Source: Octopus vulgaris (taxonomy: Eukaryota). Taken from it: a stretch of 64,000 nt of DNA. The stretch spans positions 57,908,001 through 57,972,000 of the forward strand of contig OX597827.1 of assembly GCA_951406725.2 (NCBI GenBank), given 5' to 3'. The notes below the pieces were generated by a model. That model was not told the origin of the DNA. It did no database searches and worked only from the letters and a program-made list of their open reading frames with translations. A program made the position numbers and the translations under genes. Positions 13,079-26,490 of the stretch are shown piece by piece (within the stretch, counting starts at the first letter, position 1; every line of letters starts with the position of its first letter).

Positions 13079-14436
13079 CACTGGACAACAGCCAATTTTC
13101 ATCAGGGATATTAAATGGTGTTTTATGTGTAGTTTTGTCCACAGATTTCAAAAATGTAATCGGTTTCCTTCTATCAGGCTGTTTTTCTGATGAGATAAGA
13201 GAGGTATATAACTCCCATCAGCAGTATCACTACACGTAAACGTCTTATACAGGTAAATTCTGACTTCTGTTTCATAACTATTTGTATTCATTTTGTAACT
13301 TTATGTTTTCATAATCTTTTCTTTTCATAAATTTTACTTTCTGTTTAAGGTGCCAAGTCATCATCATCATCAAATTCTACTAAGGATGTCAAGGCATTGC
13401 AAGAACAGTTCTGATATATTTTGTCAATGTCTGTGGTTCGTATACCACCAAAGCTCAGCAACATGCCATCACAAGTGAAATCAAGATGATCTACCAGTTA
13501 TACTTTGGCTGCTCTCTCGGGGAGCAAGATAAGAGTTGGGCCCCGCACATCATCTGCTCAGCTTGTTCAAATGGACTAAGAGATTGGCTAAATAAGAAGA
13601 AGAGAGCAATGCTGTTTGCAATACCGATGATATGGAGAGAGCCAAAGGATCATTTCATGGACTGTTATTTCAGCAACAGTTAATATATGTGGTTTACTGT
13701 AAAGACCAAGCATAAGATTGTGTATTCCAACTTGGAATCAGCAAGAAGACCAGTACCACACAACGATGTTGATCTTCCAATTCCAATACCACCAGAAAAT
13801 GGCCTTCAGATGTCTGATGAAGATGTATTTCCTGAAGAAAATACTACTGCTGTGGATGCAGATTTCACTATTGAAAATGAAGACGTACCGCTGAAATTTT
13901 CTCAAGGAGAGTTAAATGATTTAGTTAGAGACTTGTCATTGTCGAAGGATAAAGCTGAACTATTAGCATCTCGCCTACAAGAAAAGTGTCTGCTTAAGAA
14001 AGATGTTTGTATTACTCATTTCAGGAAGAGAAATTGCATTGATGGAACAACGATATCAAGGATTTTGGAATGCAGCAATGTTAGCTGACTACTGTTAGAT
14101 GTTATACAGAAATGAACCTGAGACAAAACACCATAGAAAGTCCAAATCCCAAAGATTTTAAGTTGTTATACATTTGAGTGTATTCTAACTTATTTGTACA
14201 CAATTTTAATTTTGTACAATAAAAAGCCATGAAATTATTATATCTTATATTCAATATACTTTATATAGACATGCTTCATGTATCCGCTAAGTTAAAACAG
14301 CAGGCATCATTAACATGAAAATGTGACCTGATAGAGGAAATTGGACTTCTGATTCATAATCAGCATCAAGAATTAACCTAGAAAAGTCAATCAGCAACTC
14401 TGATGATTAAAAAAATTTTCATTTTGTTGACTAGTG
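13079..14436 (+). mobile_element. Chapaev3 (CMC) DNA transposon, internally deleted, with transposase pseudogene (~13386-14161)
   Basis: TTA|CACTGGACAACA...TGTTGACTAGTG|TTA (CAC..GTG termini, TWA TSD). Protein YFGCSLGEQDKSWAPHIICSAC..FAIPMIWREPKDHFMDCYF..SARRPVPH..FSQGELNDLVRDLSLSKDKAELLASRL is fused directly to the C-terminal MEQRYQGFWNAAMLADYC*. Confidence 0.9.
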
Positions 14437-15920
14437 TTATTAGAACATCACAAAATGCTTTACTCTACTTGTTTCAGCTCTTTATATACTGAGACTATCG
14501 TAACAAGATCAATTTTGTCTTTTGTGCTTTTTTTTTTTTTAATAAAGTACCAATAAAGTACTGAGGTTGATGACATTGACTAACCCACCCTCATCAAAAC
14601 TGCTGACCCATTAGAAAAAATATTACAAGGATTTCTTTACCTAAAACATACCTTGATACAAATATAAATAAATATATAAAAAAGTAAAACAACAATTGGT
14701 TTGTAGATTAGCTAATCCTTTTGCAAACTACAGTTGTTTGCATGACTGGGGCTTATTTAAAGTTAATGTAGCATCAAGATGCATAAAAAACTACTTCTCT
14801 AATATAGCATGCTAATCTATCACAAGTAGAGCTTTAAAATTAATTACCAGTTAGGTAAAATAACAAAAGTACAATTAAGTCTCTTGCTCACAAATACAAC
14901 AAAACACCAGTAGGACATCGACAGGTGAACAAATAGTTCAGCCTTTATCTACTCAGTTATTTGGTCCACATGCTAATTAGGAGAGTAGTAGGGATAAAGT
15001 ACATCATTCTTGCATACACAAGAAAGTTACTGAGCGTGTGTGTGTGTGTTTAACATCTGCCTTCCATGTTGGTATGAGTTAGATGGTTTCAGAGGATCCA
15101 ATGAGGTCAGAGGACTGCATTGAGCTCCAATGTCTGTTTTGGCATAGTTTCTACATCTTGATGCCCCTCCTAGTGTCAATCACTTTACAAAGTGAACTCT
15201 GTGTGTGTGTGTGTGTGTGTGTGTGAGGGAGAGAGACCAGCACTAGTGAGGTCACCAAACAATCACAAGACAAGGAAAGACACCCCTCCACTGAGTGGGA
15301 TTGTAGTAGAGAGGGAGTTGGCTTTAAACAAGATAGAGAGAACAAGTACAGGTGTCTTGCTATGGGGGGAGATGCATAGCAACTCTGTATTATATAAGGG
15401 TGGGAGGGAGTAACTGGAAAGAAGACAATGATGGTGGTTACAAGGTAAAAGAAAGTACATTCAAGAAACAAGAAGGTGAGTACAAGAGAGAACACAAAGA
15501 AATAGGAAGCATGGGTGGATAAGTTCATTAGGGTGTGAGAGGAGAGTGACAGGTGGTTAGATATGAATGTCATGAATGGAACAAGGATGGAAGTGTAGTC
15601 AATGGTAAATATCAGTATGGAGTGAAATTAAAGAATAGGAGTGGCTCAGGAAGGAGGGGATGATGTGAGGAATGAGAGAGAGAGAGAGAGATTACAGTGA
15701 TAGAAATTGATGTCAGAGGTATGTAAGGATGACTATAGTGAGTGGGGAACAAAAAGGGGGATAGGCTGTTGACAGCAGATATGACAGGGATGTGAGAATG
15801 ATAGCAGATAGGAGGTGGTGTTAAAAAGAAGGTAATGGCAGTCCTAAGATGTGCCTCAGACAAAATGGAGAGATAATTGGAGACACAGAGAGGGATGATT
15901 AGTGGAAAACAAAGTGGGAA

Positions 15921-16656
15921 GATAGAAATATTAATATTTCTAAATCTTTAAAGGAGACTACGGCAGTGGTACTGGATATTAATAGTTATTGCCAAGCTAA
16001 CATGGCAGTCCAGGAAAATTGGACAAATGCTGCCATTGATTAGCTCCAAGAGGCCATCGCCTCTAGCTAGCTATGTGACACACGAACCTCTGTCCACTAT
16101 AACCTTTGAACAGGGGAGGTCAGCCACTTCCCCTTGCTGATCTGGCATCTACAGACTAGTTTCGGGGTATTTGCCCCTTATCAATGTAGAGCAGCCGACC
16201 CCAGCAAGCGTTGCTGCTGACCATCTGTTCGAAGGATTATTTACCTAAATTCAGTGGAATACATCCACTAGTTTTCAAAAATAGAAATATTAATAATTCT
16301 AAATCTCTCTAAAGGAGACTACAGCAGCGGTACTGGATACTAATATTTCTATTTTTGAAAACCAGTGGATGTATTCCACTGAATTTAGGTAAATAATCCT
16401 TTGAACAGACGATCAGCAGCGACGCCTGCTGGAGTCGGCTGCTCTACATTGATAAGGGGCAAATACCCCAAAACTAGTCTGTAGATGCCAGACCAGCAAG
16501 GGGAAGTGGCTTACCTCCCCTGTTTGAAGGTTATAATGGGCACAGGTTCATGTGTCATGTAGCTAGCTAGAGGTAATGGCATCTTGGAGCTAATCAACGG
16601 CAGCATTCGTTCTATTTTCCTGGACTGCCATGTTAGCTTGGCGACAACTATTAATA
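15921..16656. mobile_element. Penelope-like pLTR partial tandem plus inversion (a-B-a'-B inverted), hammerhead-bearing
   Basis: 15977-16292 is the reverse complement of 16340-16656 (about 90% by eye). 15921-15983 is directly repeated at ~16281-16345. Each arm contains a hammerhead motif. Confidence 0.8.
16148..16190 (-). ncRNA. Minimal type I hammerhead ribozyme, U3-A8 core variant
   Basis: UCUACA UUGAUAA GGGG caaaua CCCC GAAA CUAG UC UGUAGA: 6-bp stem I, 4-bp stem II, intact GAAA, palindromic CUAG stem III, GUC cleavage triplet. Confidence 0.7.
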
Positions 16657-17759
16657 AAGTGGAGAGAAATGATATAGAAAACGAGGGGTGGATTTTAAAA
16701 GAAAGTAATACCATGGTAGCACAAAAGGAAATGAAATATATGTATATTCTGTTCTTGTATGATTATAGCAGTTGAATAGAGGCTGTGGTTAGAAGAGTGG
16801 GTGGATGGGTATTAGGAAGGCAAGGGGTAGGGTAGGCTTGACAGGGACAGTTTTTTCCTCAACATGTTTGCACATCCAATGGAGCAGGCTGGTTTCATAT
16901 CTTTCAAGCTTCTGCATGTATTCTGCATTCACAGCCCATGCTTCACTACCATGTTGTATTGTTGTTTGTACACAAGCATCATACAATCTACCTTTCACTC
17001 TGATAGAAAGACCTTTTGTTACCAACAGAGGTAATATCTCTCTGAACTTTCTCCATTCTGTTCTTATACTAACAACCTCACCACTGCTAATTATGTCACC
17101 TAAGTAACAGAAACAATTTACAAGCTATCAGGAACTTTCAGGGCATCTGCTATATACAAAGTCTACTTTCTCTTGATATTTCTGCAATTCAGCAGCACCT
17201 CTTGCATGTCCATAGCATGCACTGAGTACATGCATGTAATTTCTACCGACACTGTTCCTATATATTGAGCTGGGCCATTTTTCTAAAGAGAGGAAAGCCC
17301 TGTCTGTTTTCTGCCAACTAGAAAGTAAACTTTCAGGCCCTTTGATTCAAGGTTTTTGCTTCTACACCTGAAATTTCTTTACTAATTTTACTACAGATGC
17401 TGCTAAAAGAAACAGGTCATGAGTAAACAAAAAAAAAAAACCCCCCAAAAAAACAAACAAAAACTGAAAATTAAAATTACTAGTTTTCTTTCGCAATAAT
17501 GCAATAATGTAAGATTCTCTAATAAATTCTAAGACTTGATATTGAGTTTGATTAAAGAAACAGAATAAAATGAGGAAAAGAAAAAAGAAAGAAAGCACTG
17601 TCATTCTTAATATTCAGAATAGTCAATAAGAGAAACATTACTAGCAGCAATTTGTTAAAGCCTCTAACCCCACCCACAGCAGCCAACATTAGAAACCATT
17701 CCACTCAATCAATAGAAATTATTCTTTTGACAGAAGTCTTTTATAGTAGTACTACTCAC

Positions 17760-17873
17760 TTGTATGGCTGTCTTGACAATGACATTAGTTGCGTACCTAA
17801 TTCCTCGGTGGCCGAGCTGTAGCACTGTAGAGTAGCTAGCATCTCTTGCATGTGCTAAATAGTCATCTATTTC
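17760..17873 (-). CDS. REEP: REEP1-4 subfamily gene, next coding exon (114 nt; amphipathic helix region)
   Basis: ttttctttacag|GAA ATA GAT...ATA CAA|gtgagt. EIDDYLAHARDASYSTVLQLGHRGIRYATNVIVKTAIQ resembles REEP '[38 protein letters not shown]'. Phase 0/0, in frame with the previous exon across a ~30-kb intron. Confidence 0.96.
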
Positions 17874-18651
17874 CTGTAAAGAAAAGAAGAAAAAATGATT
17901 AATAATAAAGAAAGACAAAAGAATGTTTCCCCACTCCAAATTTTAAAGGAGGGAGAGAGAGAGAGGGAGGTTCTATTTGAAAATAAAACATTCAAAGCAG
18001 GTGTGTTATGTAAGAGGTAGTAATAGTAGTAGCCAGACAGAATAAACAAAAGAGATTTTTGAGATGAAGCTGTAAAGTAAGGATTCAGAGAGAGATATTG
18101 ATATCACTTAGGTAAAGAAACTAAAATTATCAAATAAAAGACAATATTAACTTCAGGAAGACAAAATCCTGAATATAAAGTAGTCTGTGTCCTCAGCTGC
18201 ATAGTTCTAAGTGCAACAGATATTTAGTCTGTATGTATGTATAATTACATAAAGGGTGTGTGGTGAAGAAAAGTAGCGTATATATGAATAGAAAAATGAC
18301 TAATGACTTAAGGATATATATAAAGTACTTCATGGATAATTAGTATATACAAGCAACCAGATGGCTAAGACACATTTCGGTGATCTAATTTGAACAACAA
18401 AATAAAGAAAGGTATTTCAGTTCAAGTCAGAACATAGAAATATAAATATAAACAGAAAATTATTAATATAAATAAACCTCAGACAAAAAAATTGTAATAA
18501 TTCAATGCGATAAATCATACCGCAATTATAAAGTATTCATATATTTAACTATATACACATAGCATATATACACACACACATACACACACAAATATACATA
18601 ACAGTCAATCATATGTGATACATACATTTACAAACACCCACACATATCTAT

Positions 18652-18697
<46 letters not shown>

Positions 18698-18769
18698 CAC
18701 ACACACACATCTAATATATATTTATATATATATAAAATTAATCACAAAAAAAAAAAAAGAGAGAAAACA

Positions 18770-18963
18770 CAGCAACAAAAAAGCAACGACACAAGGACAT
18801 GGTACATGCAAATTATTACCAGATGCTCAAGGAAGGAAAGAAGAGTAGTTTTATGTTTCGAGCAAAGCTCTTCATCAGAAACAGGAGATGGAGAAAAGTC
18901 CAAGAGGAAAGGGAGAGAGAAGAGAAAAAAAAAAATCGTCAACAATTCACATGTGGTTACATT
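18770..18963 (-). mobile_element. Penelope-like solo pLTR with minimal hammerhead (18848-18882)
   Basis: GUUU CUGAUGA A GAGC uuu GCUC GAAA CA UA AAAC; ~190-bp homolog of 62215-62406; flanked by microsatellites. Confidence 0.7.
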
Positions 18964-18964
18964 T

Positions 18965-19138
18965 TATATGCACACACGTATATATACATATATGCATACA
19001 TATATATATATACATACATATACATGTGTGCATACATATATATATAAATGTATATACACACATATATATACATACATGTATATAGACATATATATGTATA
19101 TAGACATATATATGTATATAGACATATATGTATATGTG

Positions 19139-19179
<41 letters not shown>

Positions 19180-19981
19180 TATATATATATAGTATATATA
19201 GTGACCGTGTGTGTATCGTCTTTAATGTTTCGACCCTATGCTCTTCAATAGAAAGGAACAGAAGAAACAAGGAGAGAAAATTAAGAATGTGTAGTGGCTA
19301 GTAATCTATCATGGTGAATATATATATACATACATAGATACACATATATATATACATACATACATATATACACATATACATACTTATACATACATATACA
19401 CATATACATACATATATACATATACATACATACATAAATATACATACAGATACATACATACACACACATAAATATACATACATATATGCATACAAACACA
19501 TATACATACATACATATATATATAGAGAGAACAAAGTGTACACATATATACACATACATACCTACATACATACATATACACACATATATACATACATACA
19601 TACACATACATACATACATATATACATACATACACATACATATATACACATACATACACACAGATACATAAATACATACATACACACACACACAGATACA
19701 TAAATACATACATACATATATGTATATATACACGTAAATGTCAAACAAAGAGAATGACTGCTGAACATCAAACTGATGGATAAGAAATTCTTTATTTGTT
19801 TATTGGTTTAAAGTTAACAGAAATATTCTTTTATTCATCGCCTTATTCTTTGGACTTATTCTTTGTAAGCCTAGTACTTACTCTATCCGTATCTTTTGCT
19901 GAACCACTAAGTTACAGGGACATAAACACAACAAAATTGGTTGCCAAGCGATGGTGGGAGAACAAACACAGACATACGAAT

Positions 19982-20027
<46 letters not shown>

Positions 20028-20642
20028 GTATACATATTTATGTATATGTATACACACACACACACACAAACACACGTGGAGGGATGACAAAGAAGCATAT
20101 AAAAAAACGGGAAAAAAACCACATGACTGCAGACAAGAGCAACCCCTCATCTGTTGTCAACCAAATATCATCACATTTCCAATACTTTCCTACAATATTC
20201 TGCATTTTTTTTATGTCAGCAATGTAAGCTGCTGCCTTGGCAACTACAATGACATGTAAAACTAACAAAGCACAGCACATGCCACCAAATTATACCTCTA
20301 TGTGAAATATACATTCTTGCTTCTAGGTTAGAAGACATTCTATATAAAGGGATACTTCTGGGTCATTTTTCTTTTTTTTGTTACTGTCCTTGCCTGGTTG
20401 TTTCATTACATTTATTCATATGAATATGCATATATTTAAACGTTTACACACACACACACACATATATATTATGTATACATATATGTGTATACACATACAG
20501 ATATATGTAGATACGTTTATATATGAATACATATGCATGTACAGCAATATATATGTATACATATATACATACATGCTTATATATTCATATATATATGCAT
20601 ACTATACATAGGCATACATACATGCATATATCTATCTATCTA

Positions 20643-20695
<53 letters not shown>

Positions 20696-20750
20696 ATATA
20701 TACACACACACACACACAAATACATACATCTGTTTACACGTGTGTGTGTG
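18965..20750. repeat. Cluster of (TA)n/(CA)n/(TACA)n microsatellites with interspersed SINE pieces
   Basis: Direct reading. Confidence 0.9.
19205..19315 (-). mobile_element. Decayed Penelope-like pLTR with degenerate hammerhead
   Basis: Minus strand 'ttctattgaagagcatagggtcgaaacattaaaga', related to the 18848 motif. Confidence 0.45.
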
Positions 20751-23700
20751 TTTTCATAATATCAGAATTCTTTCCATTTAGATTTTGAAAATACATGCAG
20801 AGTTTTTTTGTTTTTTTTTTAATCTTGGTAGGGGAAGGGTGGATGTTTTTCATGTTTTTGTTCCATAAATTTTGTTAGATAATTACTCCTGAAAACAGCA
20901 AACAATATTAAACAAAAATGATAAATATTACATTTTATTTAGATAAAAGCAATATTTCATAACCTTGATTACTTCCTATACCAGGTGTTGCACCCAATGT
21001 TAATATATTAATGTAGTTTTGTAACTAGTTGAGGATAACCAACCAAATATTACAATGGCCTATCAGATAAAAGCCTTATGTTTAACTATATCCTTGAAAA
21101 AAAAAAAAAAAAAGATTTAAAAAAATGAAATATTAGTTTAGGCATTGTGTAATTTGTTTTCAAACGGTAGGAATTGTTGGTTGCATTAACTATTAAACTG
21201 AATGACTGATAGAAAATTCAAAATCAATTTGCATATTAAACATTGATGTGCTAATTTAATTTGGTTACATACAGTCAACCAGAAAATAAAAGCAGCCCAT
21301 TATAGTTCTGGTGCAAAATATCACTTAGTGCCAAGTTTCAAAGCGAATTAGCCAATAAAACCTTTCTAGCAACTTTGAATATACACATACACACACACAC
21401 AAATTAAAGTGTTTTTCCCCCTTTTTTAGACGCAGCCAGCATCGTAAAAGATTGATGTTATTATCTCATGTCTACAAAAAGTGACAACTAAAATAAAGTT
21501 CAACAAGGAATCATATGAATGTAAGGTCATGTGCAGATACAGCATTTATTTTCGAAGAGTATCAGAGTAATAATTTTATGGTGAGAGCTGTAACTAAGCT
21601 GAAAATAACAGAAGCTTTTTGTCAATTAAAAGAGAGCAGTACAGACCACAAATAATACGCTGTATTCTAATATTCAATAGTCAATGTAAAAAAGAAGCAA
21701 TAATTTTTTTATTTTAAATCTATCCCATAATGTTTTGTAGTGATGTATATTATATATGCTAATCTTAATAGCTATGACACAAAGAAGAGTCCACTGAAAT
21801 GTCTGATTTGAATTCAAAGAAGGGCTTTCTTTCTATAATCCAAGACATTAGATATTCAGAAATGCAACATAGTCAATAGTAAACGTTGAGTTGATGTATG
21901 TTGATTTAAGTCTAACATTTTATTCATTTAGTTGGTTTTCCTTTAAGCTATTTATTCTATTACCACAATTCATTGATTTCTTTTTTCTCAGGGTAAATTT
22001 GCTTCAGTTCTTTCAAAAGGTTAGGACACACTTTCCATCAAGTTTGTTATGATGGTTTAATAATAAAAGCCATTTTCAACAATATTTATTGTATTTATTA
22101 GTAACCCAGTCCTGAATAGATATTTAGAAATGTAGATTGTATCAACGGTATGAATGCAGTGTTCTATTTCAATCCATTTAGGAAAAGCTATATTATGTAT
22201 ATTATCTAGAGCATATATTTTGTAACTGGATATAGAAAAAAAAACCTATCCTTGGTAAGTAAACAAAATGTAAAATAAAATGAAACAGGTAAGTCTATCT
22301 TTATAAATTTTAGACCTATTTTAGGGATTTAGATATTTTATGAAGTTTATGAATTGTGAAAGGCCATCAAAATGCACTGTAGTTATGTGCCAAGTCAAAT
22401 GAAAACATTATACAATTAGATTTTAATCTCAGAAACTGGTATTTCAAAATCTAAATGGAAAGAGTTCTCAAAATAGTACATTGTTTTTTTCCTACACAGT
22501 AACATTAATTCAAGTTTATAAGGGAAGGAATGTGTGAATATTCATGACTTTTGACACTGACATCTATGAGAAAGGCATCAGACAACAAGTAGAAACTGAA
22601 ATAAAATTGAAAACACTGATTTTACTTTGGTGTGAGATTCCGTTGTGTTACATTTGAAACAGGAGAATAAAATACCAAATGAAAAATTAGCACAATGAGT
22701 AAATTAACCAAAAAATTATAATTTTATTAACTTTGATATCTATAATCTTAGTCAACAATTCATGCTGAAATAATGACATTAATCTATCTTTTTGTTTAAC
22801 TTCACAATACTACAACTGCTTGTTCTAAGAAAGAAACTGTAAGTTAACATCTATGTATTAGTGTGTGTATGTGTGTATACAAGTACACATGTTTATGTGT
22901 GTTCATCTGAAGCTGATGATCCACTTTGGCACTACTAAATTTCTCATTGTTGTGTATATATCCAGGCAATGATAGTCTACATAAAACTAGATGTAAATGA
23001 GTTTGTTGCAAATGCTATTCTGGCTCAAAAAATTTAACCAATTTAAACTGTTTCAATCTTACGCACTGTTCCAATTCCTTTATTGCATTTTTATGTTCAC
23101 AGGAAATAGGTTTTAAACACTGGACTGTTATATTGTTTTCTGAGCAATAACTACCACTTAGGAGCATATTACTAGAGCTTATCCTTTAATTAGATTAACA
23201 TTTGCATTTGCATTTACATTATTGACCATCTCCTGGTTGAAGCTCTTAATCTCACTGAAATGACAACTGAGCTCAAGTTTCATTGGTGATTAAAATTGTT
23301 TTGATCTCTTCCCTTGTTTCCCCACCCCACAAAATAAAAAAAATTGATCTCAATTCATCATTGACAGAATGATTTTTTTTTTCACAGAACATTTAGAATT
23401 GAAAAGGTTAAAATAAAGTTAAATATTATAAAAACAAGTAAATAATATTCCTGACAAATAAAGACCATAAAAACTATAACATCTGTTAAAATACTCTTTG
23501 TCAATAGATTCTTTAATAGCTGCAGTCAAATTAGCAGTGATGTTGCCTGACATGTGCAAGATTACACATTTTCACACAAGTAGTGCACATTTGTATTGAT
23601 TTCTATCACATAATTACAGTTTTTCAATCCAAAAGGAAAAAGACCCCTAGGATATATATCCAACTGGCTAATGTATTTGAATGGGAGAAGAGGAAATGGG

Positions 23701-25834
23701 TAGCATTTTAACCCGTCACAAATTAAAATAAGAAAAATGGAAGAGAAAAGACTGATCCTATAGACCCAAAATAAATGGAAATTTATGGTGTTTACCCACT
23801 GTAAAAGAATTAGTATTGAAAGGGTACCATTTTGTCAGAAAATCAAAACCAGGTTATGATAACAATCCCTAAATCACTAGTCTATTTTTGTTCATAACAG
23901 TAAAGACCAATTAGATAATTATAAAAAAAAACAACTCTTGAGTGACATTATCTATGCTCCAAATCCTTGGGACATTCATTAACTTAACTCATATGAGTAC
24001 GTGTTTTATTAATGCTTGCGATTTGGAAAGGATTAGCAAACAAAGAATTGTGAGTTAACAGTTTTGATAAGTTACAGTTTATCAACTGTACAGCTGTTTA
24101 ATTCAGACTTGCTTTAATGCTTTTTACTAGCTAGTACCCAAATACAAGCCTTTCAATGATGCTATAGACAACAGCTCACAAATGACCAACTGTGTAGAAA
24201 ACATTTATGCGGCTCCACCAAAGAAAAGGTGAATAATTTTGGGTGCCCATATTGGCTAAAGGAGCAAAAGTGAAATAATTTACCTATTTATACCAATAAG
24301 GGAATGGATATTTGGGAAAGTACTGTAATATATAACTTGCATGTTTATTTCTATTATTGGTTTCAGTCAGTGGACCATGCTCATATATTAATAGATTCTA
24401 GTTAATTATATTAACAGTAGTAGTTAGGTCTCATAATAATTTTGTTAATTATCTATTCAAAGAACAATTAATTTAACCTTGAGACATGCCCATTTTTAGG
24501 AAGTTACCTCCTCCTACAAAGTAAATGCTACAAAGAAATTACACTATTTTACACTGGTGTATATAAACACAGACACTAGGCTTCTGCATAATATCTGTTG
24601 ACTAAATTTCACATGCAAGATATAAATCAATTTGAGTTTATGGTAAGAGATTGAAACCAGAACCACAGCTTGTGAACTCCTTAACCATACAACAATGCTT
24701 GCATCCATCTCTGCAAGAAATCAGATTATGTTAATAGTGAAAGGTCCTACATCATTCTACAGACAAATCCCCATCATGTGTGTGTGGGGGAGAGAGAGAG
24801 AGAGAGAATTAGATATGTAATCAAATATCTTAGGCATATGCTTTTCATATTATAATTATCATTCACATCATTTTAATTGCATCAACTATTACAATTTACA
24901 AAGCATTGACCGACTCAATGTTAATATTGTATGAAGGGAAATTTTTGGATATGAAAACAATAGATGCTAACCAACATCTTCTCGATAAAGCTATTTATAG
25001 ATATAAAGGAAACAAAGCAGGCCATTTTATATTTCTCTGAGAACTTATGTTCTTACAAGAAGCTGTTGGTTACTAACTCAAGATTTTGAAATTTGATAGA
25101 TTAGGATCAACTAAATAAGACTGTCTAACCCCATTCCACATGAAAGCAGCTGTCGAAAGTTTTCACAGCACAAAGAACTGGTTTTTTGGTCAAGAGTATT
25201 AGTAACTAGAGATTTGAGCTTTAGGAATACAATTAAATAAACACTTAAAGAAATGGAACAAAACAAATAGACTGTGATTTTTTTGTATGTAGAGAAAAGT
25301 GTAGAGTGAATTAAATTGGTCTTAAATTGCTTCCCAGTAAATTGACACTCACAACATTTGAACCTAGAATGTGGTGGGATGAAATTATAAGCTGCAATAC
25401 ATTTTGTCTCATGTTAAGAATTCACTAATCTAATAATGGTAATAATGTGTGTGTGTGTGCGTACACGATATGCATGTGCGCTTGAGAGGAGGGAAAAGTC
25501 TGAGTCACAAGGGAAACAAATGTTTCAAGATTTGCTTAATTATCATTGAAACAAGAACCAGTAAGTGATTTTCAGTTACTATAAAATTACAGAATAGATT
25601 TTTTTCAATAAGAAATAAACATTTTTCTTTCTCATTCAGCAGGTCTATGCCTTCACAAAATTATTCCTTAATTCAATGTTTCGTAATATCTTATTGTGAA
25701 GAATATTGCAGCAAGGATTACTTCCATGACCTGTAGTATTCCAGGAAAATGGGGCACTCTAAAATGATAAAAGTAATACTGAAATGGTTGGGTTCTACGA
25801 TGATTAACATGGGGAATTATGGATCAAGATTAAA

Positions 25835-26042
25835 AGCTGCATGCCTGGCAGAATCGTTAGTACGCTGGGCAAAACAATTAGTGGCATTTCTCCTGGGTTT
25901 ACATTCTGAGTTCAAAAGCTGTCAAAGACGACATTGCCTTTCATCCTTGTGAGGTCAATAAAATAAGTATTGGTCAAGCACTGGGTTTGATATAATCAAG
26001 TAACTGCTCCCCCAAAATTTCTGGCCTATAGTAAAAAGAATT

Positions 26043-26075
<33 letters not shown>

Positions 26076-26490
26076 AACATACTGGACAAAAAGCTTAGCT
26101 GCTTTTCTTCCAGCTTTACGTTCTCAGTTTAAATTCCACAGAAGCTGACTTTGCCTTTCATCCTTTCAGGGTCAATGAAATAAGTACTTGTTGAGCACTG
26201 GGGTCACTGTAATCAACTAACCACTTCCCCAAATTTCAGGCCTCCTGCCTTCATTAGAAAAGATTATTATTATACAAGGCAGTAAGCTGGCAGAATCAGT
26301 AGTACCCTGAGCAAGATGCTTAGTGGCATTTTGTCAATCTTTATGTTCTGAGTTCAAATTCTGCCAAGGTTGACTTTGCCTTCCATCCTTTCAGGTCAAT
26401 TAAATAAGTACCAGTTATGCACTGGGTTCTGAGATACTTGACTTATCCCTCCGCCAAATTTCAGGCCTTATGCCTATAGTTGAAAGGATT
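25835..26490 (+). mobile_element. Three tandem tRNA-derived SINE copies
   Basis: 'ctggcagaatcgttagtacgctgggc...ctgagttcaaa...gcctttcatcctt...aataagtac' three times, with (GTT)n/(ATT)n tails. Confidence 0.85.

Larger units (their letters stand above)
15050..17425 (-). mobile_element. RTE-clade LINE 3' portion (ORF remnant ~17425-16860 plus long CT-rich 3' UTR), interrupted at ~15920-16656 by an inverted Penelope-like repeat
   Basis: HDLFLLAASVVKLVKKFQV...YLGDIISSG...WRKFREILPLLVTKGLSIRVKGRLYDACVQTTIQHGSEAWAV; the 3' UTR resembles 40380-41080. Confidence 0.75.

Noticed and set aside
18799-20781. Many short overlapping ORFs
   Set aside because: Microsatellite and SINE derived
25835-26490. tRNA genes or CRISPR-like repeated units
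   Set aside because: The A/B boxes belong to tandem tRNA-derived SINEs; no cloverleaf and no repeat-spacer architecture; eukaryotic DNA
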